A stretch of 64,000 nt of DNA, taken from Octopus bimaculoides (taxonomy: Eukaryota). The stretch is taken from NCBI RefSeq assembly GCF_001194135.2, contig NC_068991.1:35964918-36028917 (forward strand). Direction: 5' to 3'. Position 1 is the stretch's first letter. Each line of letters begins with the position of its first letter. A program made the translations under genes and the position numbers. Positions 53,586-64,000 of the stretch are shown here, piece after piece. The notes beneath the pieces were generated by a model. It did not search any database, was not told the origin of the DNA, and worked only from the letters and a program-made list of their open reading frames with translations.

Positions 53586-54412
53586 TTTGTGTGTGCGCGC
53601 GCGCGTTTTGAATATTCATTAATATAGAAGGTGGGGTGTTTGTCAGTTTGAGAACCGCTAGTTTAGATTATTTAAAGGAGTTCGGAGACCATTAGCTGAT
53701 CATATAGTTTTTGATAGTGGTTGAAGTAATTGGTAACGTTGGCAATAGTAATATAAAAAACAACTCTTATTTATTGAAGTAGATTTTAAAAAAAATATCC
53801 CTTTCCTTTTCTCTAGTACAGGATCCTAGATTTCAACTAAATCTATTCAAACAAGTGAAATGTCAAATTGACGTGTAACAATTCGTAAGACTAAAACGCT
53901 TTCTTTACTATTCAATAATTCCTTCTATAAGTTTTGAAAGTCTTCCAATGATAGATAATGCAACTGCATTATCTGCTTTATGCTGTTTTATAATGCGATG
54001 AACTATAAAAATTAACCATAACCAGAGAATTTTCAATTCTCCTGACAGATTTACCATCTTGTATCAAAGCCATAACAGCATATTTGGCTTCTTAAGTAAC
54101 ACATTTTCTGTTTACTTTATTTACTGAGCAATATTTTGTGGAATATGTGCAATATTTTCTGGAATAATCTTGAAAATTCTAGGCTGTTCATGTTTATTGT
54201 TTCTCATAAAAATATACTTTAAAAGTATGATTGCAAAATGAGCAAAAACTATAAAATATTGAACATTTTCTCACTAAATGTAATTGTTTCTATTCTTCCT
54301 GGCATGTACCATTAAAATAAATTTGAGATTTGGATATTATATTAATGTTAACATTGATGGAAAAATGGCAGGATACATTCATAATAATTGTTTTTGTACA
54401 GGATATAATAAC

Positions 54413-54463
<51 letters not shown>

Positions 54464-54654
54464 CCTTTCTACTAAAGGCACAAGACCTGAAATTTTGGGG
54501 GAGGCGGCAGCTCGATTACAGCAAATCGAGTGCATAACTGGTACTTATTTCATCGACCCCGAAAGGATGAAAGGTAAGGTCGACCTCGGCGGAATTTGAA
54601 ATATCACTAAGCATTTCGCCCAGCGTGCTAAAGATTCTGCCAGCTCACCGCTTT
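54464..54654 (-). mobile_element. SINE family A copy ending in an (ATT)n tail
   Basis: Reverse-complement match to 31758-31968; the (AAT)n array at ~54405-54463 lies at its 3' end. Confidence 0.8.
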
Positions 54655-54666
54655 AGTAATAATAAT

Positions 54667-54875
54667 CCCTTCTACTATTGGTGCAAAGCCTGAAATTTTG
54701 TGAGGTGGGACTTAGTCGATTACAGTGATCCTTAGTGCACAATTGGTACTTCTTTTTATCGATCCGAAAGGATGTAAGGCAAAGTCGACCTCGGTGGTTT
54801 TGAACACAGAACGTAAATACAAACTGCCGTTAATCATTATGCCTGGTGTGCCACCAATTCTGCCAGCTCGCCTTA
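54667..54875 (-). mobile_element. Second, more diverged SINE family A copy, head-to-tail with 54464-54654
   Basis: Shares cctgaaatttt, tcga.ccgaaaggatg.aagg.aaagtcgacctcgg and attctgccagctc.cc. Confidence 0.75.
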
Positions 54876-55199
54876 GTAATAATAATAGTGATAATGTCTA
54901 CGATAATGATGTGTTTTAATTTGCTATATAGTACCATTAGATAAAGAAGATATTACAAAGAAGACAGATTACATAAAATGTGTATGTTAATACAAAACAA
55001 TCGAATGGGAGGTACAATAATCAATTAGAAAAGTATACTGGGTATACAAATAGTTGAACGTAATTCGGTCTTTCTGATACTAAATACCTTCAACTAAGTT
55101 CAGTCTGTCAGTTTCACAGAACGAAGCTTACCCTGACCGTTAACGGCAAGTACCTTCACTTTACTGGTAAACTCTGACGTACAGGTATATTCTGTGAAT

Positions 55200-55880
55200 A
55201 GAACAATTCTTTTTTTACCATTTTTGTCACCACACTCATATTCTAAATTCACAGGCAGACAGCATTTCCACCTCAACATTCATCTTCCTAACCTAAAATT
55301 CGATATAGTCTTAACCGCAGAAAAAGTGCCTGCTGCTTTCACTTCTTTCAACCTCGTCCACCAAACAACCTCTTTCCTTATGCCCATCAGAGAACGGACT
55401 TGCTTAACTAGGTTTAAGGAGCGCTGTATGTTGATCTTCACGGTGAATTCGGTCATTAGCTGGATTCTGAATTCCACAAATCAATAATACCCAAGCATTG
55501 AACGATATAAGAAGATCAGTTTCGTCGCCTTGCGCACGTCATTGGTAGAGCTTTTGACGGAATTTCTGTACCAGTAGAATTTATCTCGAAAAAAGTAGTG
55601 TCCTTCACTAATTCTGTCAGCCCAAGGATTTCTGTAAGTTATCCATAGTTATCGTACCAACAGTCTTCCGTAACATACGTATCAAATCATCCTCGTCGAC
55701 AACATCGCCCTTTCTCCACCATCTCTTGTTCTGTAGAGATTGCAAACGCCCACCGATTGCAATGTTCGACTGGTAAAAGGTTGTGAACGCTTAACAAATT
55801 CCAAATGACGAACATTCTTGGTCTTTGATAAAGGACTGCACCTCCATCTGAGAGACGAATGCGTTTAATACATACCACAC
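55200..55880 (-). mobile_element. Degenerate 3' coding end of an L1/Tx1-like LINE
   Basis: Broken frame AFTTFYQSNIAIGG..VDEDDLIRMLRKTVG..MDNLQKSLG, then KEVVWWTRLK, resembles C-terminal segments I recall from Tx1-like elements. Not verified by search. Confidence 0.5.
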
Positions 55881-56029
55881 AGACAAAACTTAAAATATCA
55901 TTACAACGAATAGCATGTCTGTTACAGGGAGTAAATTGAACAACACTGTATTAAGTGGGAGTCGGTTGGCTGTGTAGCGGAAGCACGCAACGAAAATAAG
56001 TCTGTTGGACAAAATATTAATTAGTTTCA

Positions 56030-56300
56030 CCAGACAATAATACATCTCTAGAAGAAGTGGAGAAATTATCTAAATATAAAGATCTGGAAATAGATGCAAA
56101 CAATATTGGGACGAAAAATAGCAACCCTCTCTATAATAATAGGTGCCTTGGGAATAACTAACAAAGATGCGACCTAATACATGACGAAAGCCTAAGGATT
56201 TACACGTACATACAGCATACAGAAATTTGCACAGCTAAGAATTGCACAAATACTGCCCCAAGTAATTTCTGTACAAGAGTAAATACGAAAACAAAACACT
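56030..56300 (+). mobile_element. R4/Dong-like endonuclease C-terminal fragment
   Basis: gagaaattatctaaatataaagatctggaaataga (EKLSKYKDLEI) and ataataggtgccttggga (IIGALG); parallels 61320-61420. Confidence 0.75.
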
Positions 56301-56366
56301 GCATAAACAGCTCTCTGGGATGTGCAATGAAAGTATGCATTAAATAAAATTACTAGAATGTTATTA

Positions 56367-56440
<74 letters not shown>

Positions 56441-56901
56441 TTTTATTGTCACGAAGGCGACGAATAGGGGCTATTATAATGACGAATTAAAAAACAATGG
56501 ATCTTTTATATCAAAAACAAAAATAATTGAATTCATGAGATACACGATCAATAAACCGAGACAACAAAAGAAAATTTTCGATTCAGCGATTGCTGAATAG
56601 TAAAGGAGGAGCAAGAATGGGTGTGTTGTTAATAAGTTATACAATCAGAGAGTTGCGGTTAAGGAACTTCTTGCTAGAAGATGCTTGGGAAGAAGAATCT
56701 TCTAACAGCCCTTCTAAAGTAGTGTGTATGTATTTGCATATGTATATATATGTATTTGTATACGTGTGTATGTACATGCATATAAGTATCGACCCAAGTA
56801 CTTTTTTAAAGCCCGGTACTTCTATTGTTCTCTTAATCCGAACCACTAAGTTACGAGGAAATAAACAAACCACCAAGCGGTGAGGACGTCAAGCACATAC
56901 A

Positions 56902-56999
<98 letters not shown>

Positions 57000-57034
57000 C
57001 ACACACACGCACGCACTCACACGCATACACACAC

Positions 57035-57182
57035 ATATTCGATTCAGTTTCCCTCTACCAAATCCACTTACAAGGTTTGGTCGGCCCGGGGATAAAGCAG
57101 AAGACATTTGTTCAAGGTGCAACACAATAGGACTGAACCCGAGACCATGTGGTTGGGAGGCAAACTTCTTACCAGACAGGCA
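57035..57182 (-). mobile_element. tRNA-derived SINE (family B)
   Basis: Reverse complement ggtaagaagtttgcctcccaaccacatggtctcgggttcagtcc matches 47136-47292. Confidence 0.8.
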
Positions 57183-58242
57183 CAAAGATTTAGAAACTTT
57201 GAAAGAGCGTGAAATAATTTTTGGGGAATGGTGAAACTCGAAGCAGATAACGCTACAATTAATGGAGTATATTGGATTAAAAATCTTCTTGGATAGAAAA
57301 AGTCGAAGGCTGCTCGTTGGAGCCAATATTTTAACTTAATATTTACTCGTTATTAGTTATAACATCATCTGCTTGGAGTTTCATCGTTGCAAAAAAGAAT
57401 TATTTCATGTTGTTTCAGAGTTACTTTGCTTGTAACGGCAACAAAAACCATAAGCAAACAACGAGATACCCAAGTTTTGCTGAACGCAGCTTAATATCTG
57501 GTATTCCAAAACTGGGAAGAACTACTAAGTTCTGAGTAAAATAATTATAAATACCGGCCCCTTGGAAATTCCAAGATATAAGTCAGTATATTTGAAAACA
57601 TTATGTTAATATATTAAATACAAGCAAAAATTTCAAAAATCTTTTTTGAAAAAATGTCATTTAATCAACACTATACTTTTAAATACGATGAAATTAACAA
57701 GGAAGGTATTGTTCATCTCTTGGTTTTTTTACATATGTTAATCATTAGACCACGGCTATGCTGGGGCACCGCTTTAAACAACTTTTAGACGAATGAATTG
57801 ATCCCTTTTTAAATAAGTCTGGTACTTATTTTATCGATCTTTTGCCTAACTTCTAAGTTATGGGGACGTAAACACATCAACACCAGTTGTCAAGTGGTGG
57901 AGGAGGGCAGGACGAACATAGACAAAAGGCACGCACACAAACATCTTTTATTTCCTTAAACTATAGTTTAAGGAAATTAAAGATGAATTAAAAAGATAAA
58001 ACTTATTCATATATTATAACCATTATATATCTAATCATATATCCAACAACTATCAAGGCTCAGTCCAAGTTATTTACCAACTTAGATTATTTTCATTTGT
58101 TTTCATTTCATTTCACTTCAGTTATCTATCTATTTGTATAGCTATTAATACATGTCCATGCCTATTTGAATATCTATTTGTATATCTATTAATAGATCTC
58201 ATAAACTGCATATCTATTGATATATCTGTAGACTCACCTACG

Positions 58243-58334
<92 letters not shown>

Positions 58335-58879
58335 CACCTGCCTGTCTGTCTGCCTGTGTAGTTACCCTTCTGCTGGTATCTACTATCATAGTACTGACAA
58401 GTGTTTAAATCTAATAACTAGAGTAAAGAATAATGGCGGTGCTTCAGCATGGCCTCAAAATTTTGTCTGCAGCGCGTAAAAGATATAAGTGCAATATCAG
58501 CTCTTTGTTATTTCATTTCAATTTAACTATCTCTCCATATATGTTTTAATGCATAAATTTATAGATCTTCATGACAGTGTTTCATTATGTTAAACATCAA
58601 ATACTTGCTATTTGAACACACAAATGCGGAATAACATAGGCCTTCTCTCTGTTTGTCTTTCTTTCTCTCTGTCTTCTCGTGTTTTTTTTCCATTTTTTCT
58701 GTTCTTTTTGCCCCCCCCCCCTATCTCTAATAGATATCTTTCTCCTTTCGAGTTATTACCTCCATTAGCGCAAGTCACGGACAAAACAGACCCGAAGGAA
58801 CATGTAGAATAATATAACTATGATGATGCTTTCTAACATTGTAAAGTATTATTATTATTATTAATATTATTATTATTAT

Positions 58880-61740
58880 GTTAACGTCCTAGCTCGTCAT
58901 GCCCCAATGATAACAAAGCAAAATACAAACCGAGTTGGTCGTCACCCGGAACATCAAGGACCACATACTCGAATGATGAACCAGATTTGAGATTAAAAAA
59001 ATAAGACACTGGTTCAAATCTTCCCGAAACACTGGAGATGGAAATACCCCACAACCGGAATATTCCAACAAATGGCCATCCATGCACACCATCAAATAAC
59101 CAAAAGAAAAGGAATGAAAAATGGTCTTGGGGAGATAATGGAGAAAAATGGTCTTGGGAAGTTCTTAGGGCCTTCTATCATTCCATATATTTTCCCACAA
59201 ATACATCTAATACTGTACAAACCCACTTAAAATGGAAGCAGAAACACCTTGAAGGAAGACCCTACATAGATAGTAACAAGCTTGCCAACGTCAGAAGAAA
59301 CATTATGTAAAAGAAATTAACTGAATTAGAGAGTGACCAAATAAAACAATTAGTAAGGGATAACAGGAACGAAGCTGCAGCTAAAGAAGATACTACAGAG
59401 GAAATAATTATAGACCAGCCCAGGGCTGATGAAAATACAATAATGTTTGAAAGAGTTAATGTAACTGATAAGCAAAGAGAAAAACTCTCTGAGTCAACCA
59501 TAAACACTAAAGTAGATGAAAATCAAGCAAATGAAGAAAGTCACACAAAAATTAACCCAACAGAACTACATGATCTTAAAAATCAAATCATGATTGAATG
59601 GCTGAAAATTAAAGAAACCAGTATGAATGTACACGACACTTTCCCAAAAAGTCGGTCTAACAAAAACCTGAAAATAATTTGTAAAATCCGCCTTGCACTT
59701 AAAGATATAATTTCAGCTAATGATGTTGACATTACAAATCTCTACCACCTGTACTATGCATCCGCGAAAATCTCAACAATTCTATGTGGTGAAAAGATTA
59801 GAAAACGACAACATTCTCACAAAATGCCTATTTGACAAGAGCGTATTCAACACCAAATTCAGCTACGTAGGTCTGACATAGAATGTTTAAAATTCCTGAA
59901 GTTTGACAAGACTATCAAACCAACAAAAACCCGAAAATTAAAGAAAAAATATAATATGAAAACCATATTTGACATCGATACCACCATAGAAACCATCAAG
60001 CAAAAGATATGTGCTAAAGCTGCCCACATAGAAAGGTATGAAAAGTGTGTTAGATTCTTGAAGGGCAACAACATGTTCTAAAATAACCCAAAATTTTTTT
60101 ACAGGAAGATAAGGAAAATACCAGCTGCCCTATCAAAAGAAGTGCAGGAATTTTGGAATAAAATTTTGGCAGAAGAAAAAGCACAATGAAAAGGTCCCTT
60201 GGATTCATAGAATATCTACAGACTTAGACTCATTAGAAGAGCAAAAGTGGGAGGGTATCAAGAACAAAAGTGGGAGGGTATCAAGAACAAAAGTGGGAGG
60301 GTATCAAGAACAAAAGTGGGAGGGTAGGGTATGTAGGATCTGCTCTCAGGAAGTCAAGCAAATGGAAGTCTCCAGGAAAGGATAAAATTCCTTACTTCTG
60401 GTTGAGTGCCTTCTCAGAGAACCATGAACTGCTAACAAAATTTACAAAATTTAGTTAATGGTGTAACATTCCTACTTCCAAAAAAATGAAGAAACAAATG
60501 AACCAAAAAATTATAGACCCATAACCTGCTTAACAACAATGTATAAAATGCTCACGTCTGTCTTGACTGAACATATCTATAGTTTTTTAATAGAAAGTGG
60601 CATATTCCTTAATGAGTAAAAAGGATGTAAATGTGGGTCCTATGGTTGTAAAGATCAGCTACTCATCAATAAGATGATCTTGGAAGATTGTCACAAACGA
60701 CACAAAACTTGTCGGTAGCCTGGATATACTATAAAAAGCTTTTGATAGCCTATCACATAGCTAGATTAAGAAATGTCTGGAAATGTATAAAATAGCACCT
60801 ACTCTGTGAAACTTCTTGTCTGTAAGTATGAGATCATGGAGAACCACATTGACTTTGAACAGTGACAATGAATCTCTTAATGCTGGAGATGTAATAATTT
60901 CATGTAGCATTTTCCAGAGTAACTCTCTACCACCACTCCTCTTTTGTCTAACCTTAATACCTCTCTCAAAATTGCCCAATGATGTACAATACGGTTATAA
61001 AATGTTTGATAAAAATATAAATCATCTCATTTACATGGATGATTTAAAATTCTTTGCAAAAATGATCGACAACCACAGGGCTTAGTAGCGATTGTTAAAC
61101 AATTCAGTGATGACATCGATAGAGCAGCGCGATATATTCACTGGGCAATTTTCAAAAACCTGAAAATGATCACATCTCACTCCTCTGGAACTTAACCATT
61201 CAAACTGACAGAATGATAGATGAGAATAGGTCAGACATTATATTGAAAGACTTCAGACAAAAATCATGCCTCCGCATTGATATGACTGTCCCAATCGATA
61301 TAAATGTTTCTGCCAAGACCTACCAAAAACTGAGCAAGTATAAAGATCTTGAAATAGAAACTGTGGAACCTCAAGACTAAGACAATACCTATTGCCATAG
61401 ATGCCCTAGGAATGATTGCAAAAGGGGCTGATTGCTACCGAGCTCAGATACTAGGAAACTCCAAAAAGGCAGAAACTCAAAAGATGGTGCTTATGGGAAC
61501 TGCCCATATCCTACATAAAATACTGTCTATGTAATCTCAAATTTTAAAACAAACTCATAATTTTCTTATGTTTTCTAAGACATTCTCTAGAACAATACTA
61601 TGTACAAAATCAAACGTATAGCACCCTAAGCATAACACCAACATGAACTTCTAATTTTTTGTATCTTGATGTCTCTAGGTGAGACTTGGAGCCAACTTGT
61701 ACAAACACAAAACAAAAGTCAAACATATAATAATAATGAT
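58880..61740 (+). mobile_element. Largest R4/Dong-like RLE LINE copy: N-terminal region, RT, internal deletion, endonuclease, 3' UTR
   Basis: KWKSPGKDKIPYFWL; NYRPITCLTTMYKMLTS; GCKCGSYGCKDQLLINKMILED; KAFDSLSH; NHLIYMDDLKFFAK; NR.DIILKDF..IDMTVP; KLSKYKDLEIE. Ends in taataataatgat. Many stops and frameshifts. Confidence 0.92.
60242..60326 (+). repeat. Perfect 23-bp tandem repeat, ~3.7 copies (caaaagtgggagggtatcaagaa)
   Basis: Units start at 60242, 60265, 60288 and 60311 (partial). Confidence 0.95.
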
Positions 61741-62369
61741 GATTTCTCGCACCGGTACAAGACTACGTATTTTATGGGAGAACATAGACGACTATCAATC
61801 TAGTAATTCATTGGTATTTATTTTGTGAATCTTGTACAGATGAAAGGCAAAATCGCCATTGACTTCATATTTAACATTGACATTAGGCTAGGAAATTTAA
61901 AGTATGTGAAAACTTTGATTCATCCATGTCGGAAGAATTAAAGGCAAAATCGATCTCAGCGAGGCTAGAATCAAGAACATTAAATGTTGGAATCTAAATA
62001 TCTTATTTCGTCCAACATTCTCTTTATTATTCCCTGAAAACAAAATACAATATTTGAATTCTAATTAAGAGCTGTCACATCATTGCAAGATTTGTTTTTT
62101 CAATTGTTTTTGAAAATGTCATTTTTAAATAATTTAAGTGTGAATCAATATAGAAATCGGAAATTTCTAGAACGGTAAACATATTTTTCGAAAGATAAAC
62201 AGATATAAAAAAATTATATTTATTTTTTAATGACGAATTAATAACTGTTCCAAATCATATCTCAATCAAGGGAATAGTTGTTGTTAATGAATAGCAACTT
62301 CAGTGCAATTAGTCAATGACAATGTATATAACATTGATTATATTTAATGAATACTGACTGAAAATGGTG

Positions 62370-63070
62370 GTAGTGTTGATAAAATGGTGATTCAGTTGAT
62401 GATGATGATAACGGTAGCCGAGGTACTGATGACGTATGTGGCGGTGGTGTTGATAGTAATAGTGATGTTGTTTGTTGTCTTAAATTATGATGGCAGATCT
62501 GTAGGCAGTTGTTTAAAATATCAGCAACTGTCGAGCAGTGTTATGATCAAAAAATGTTCCATCGGTGACTACCGTATCACTTTTGTATATCCATGACAGT
62601 ATTATGCAATATGTTTTTGTTTAAGAAACAGCTGGGTGTGATTTAAGAAGGATTCAGCTGTTTCTGTCGTGTCACGTGACACCGAATAGGTTCTTTTATT
62701 GCTTTATTGTCATATTGTTTACGCGGCAGTGCTTTGAAATTCTAGTGACTTCTGGTGTTAGAATAGTGTTATATTATGAGATGGTGTTGAAGGCTATGAT
62801 TTTGGTAGAGGTGTGGACGTTGTTAGCAACATCTAGTGGTGATGGTAATCAGAGTATAGTAATAGTATGCAGGGTGTTCAGAAGCTTTTCAGGCTTTATG
62901 ATGTTGCCTAGTATGAAATGATATTATGTATGGTGTAGTAATGTCAGCATATTGTAGTGACTAATATATTGTGGCTAAAAACATAAATCAGTGGTTCAAC
63001 AATGACGATAGTAGTGAATAAGTGTTATTCTGATAATGGTTGTGATGGTAGTAATAGTAATTATTGTTGT
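62370..63070. repeat. Cryptic trinucleotide-periodic tract (GAT/GGT/TGT/AGT)
   Basis: 3-nt periodicity; short hydrophobic pseudo-ORFs with stops. Confidence 0.7.
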
Positions 63071-63544
63071 TTGTGTTGTAGACAAACCACATTATATAGA
63101 ACATAACAACGAATGAAACATAGCCACCATGACTCCGGTATTCCCATAAGGGAAAGGTTCCATAATTTAACACTTGTTTTGTTTTCTGCTTCACATTTAC
63201 TGCCTCTCTCCTAGATCTCTCGACAAAACTGTTTATCTCCAATTTTTCTTCGGAACTGAAATCTAACGTGAATGTAATGTAAAGAATACTCTGATAAACA
63301 CAATTTGAAGATGTATAATTCTTCATTCTTTTTTTACATCTGGAATATATACTCTGTATGATGTATAGAGTCCAATCAAGCGAACTCAGTATTTTTATCT
63401 GCTGAGTAAAGTAACGTATAATTGTTTACCTTAAACAATTTTATATACCTTTTACCGTTCGATATGATTAGCCAAAGCTTGGATTATATATCAGAGCGCT
63501 AATAAAGTACGTACCTGGTTTTAAATATCTATTCCTTTACACAC

Positions 63545-63700
63545 AAATCCTCTCAGTTTCCATCTGCCAAATTCACTCACTAGGCATTGGTTGTTTCTGT
63601 CCCAATGTATAGTAGAATACACTCGCCCAAGCTGCCGTGCAATCTATTTGAACCTGAAACTGCGTGGTTGCAAAGCGTGGGCTTCTTAACCACACAATCA
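63545..63700 (-). mobile_element. tRNA-derived SINE (family B), diverged
   Basis: Minus strand tgtgtggttaagaagc...caaccac...caggttcaaat...cttgggcgagtg..ttctactata matches the family B layout. Confidence 0.7.
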
Positions 63701-64000
63701 TGCCTGACCTCTCTGTCTGTCTGTCTGTTTGTGTGTATGTGTCTCTCTCTCTGTCTCTGTCTCTCTCTCTTGGGTTTAGATAGAAAGTATGTGGTTTCAA
63801 GGTTGAATAATTAAAAGTAGTTCAAAGATTCTGAAATTCGGAGCAACAGAGGAGGTAAATCTAGAAAAGATTCAATGGAAGGCGTAAAGAGGACGGTACA
63901 TTCAGAATTGGTGAAATGCCAAATTTCGAGTTGGTTTCGAATTGGAGAAGATTACATATTGATAATGTTGTGAGAGGAATATATACAATAGTGTATGTTG

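Noticed and set aside
55132-55191. 60-bp minus-strand exon candidate (cacag|...EYTCTSEFTSKVKVLAVNGQG|gtaagc) with NTR/FN3-like flavour
   Set aside because: The splice signals look good, but it lies directly 3' of an L1/Tx1-like coding end and is more simply that element's terminus/3' UTR. No compatible neighbouring exon was found.
60242-60326. CRISPR-like or prokaryotic repeat interpretation of the 23-bp array
   Set aside because: The units are contiguous with no unique spacers, embedded in a eukaryotic LINE, and there are no cas genes.

Overview
AT-rich, microsatellite-saturated eukaryotic genomic DNA with nine N-gaps, most flanked by (TA)n or other simple repeats. The repeat landscape suggests an octopus (coleoid cephalopod) draft assembly; this is inferred from recognisable SINE and microsatellite families, not from a search. 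The only host-gene coding sequence I can support is a 63-codon first coding exon (17308-17496, +) of a TMEM196-like / CD20-MS4A-like membrane protein ending at a GT-GAGT donor. I found no convincing downstream exon, so most of the remaining ~46 kb is probably intron or intergenic DNA. The rest is decayed mobile DNA: Penelope-like elements (RT + GIY-YIG, one with inverted terminal arms), several restriction-endonuclease-type LINEs (R4/Dong-like, Hero/NeSL-like), CR1/L2/Jockey-group, RTE and L1/Tx1-like LINE fragments, Tc1/mariner elements with recognisable TIRs, a Tigger/pogo relic, tRNA-derived SINEs and a ~350-bp fold-back element. The most interesting non-routine signals are near-consensus minimal hammerhead-ribozyme motifs in putative Penelope-like terminal repeats, short inverted duplications inside dead retroelements, and long cryptic trinucleotide-periodic tracts. 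I do not see evidence for an intact novel multi-gene system. Most ORF-track entries are artefacts of N-gaps or microsatellites. Transposon boundaries are approximate (+/- tens of bp).
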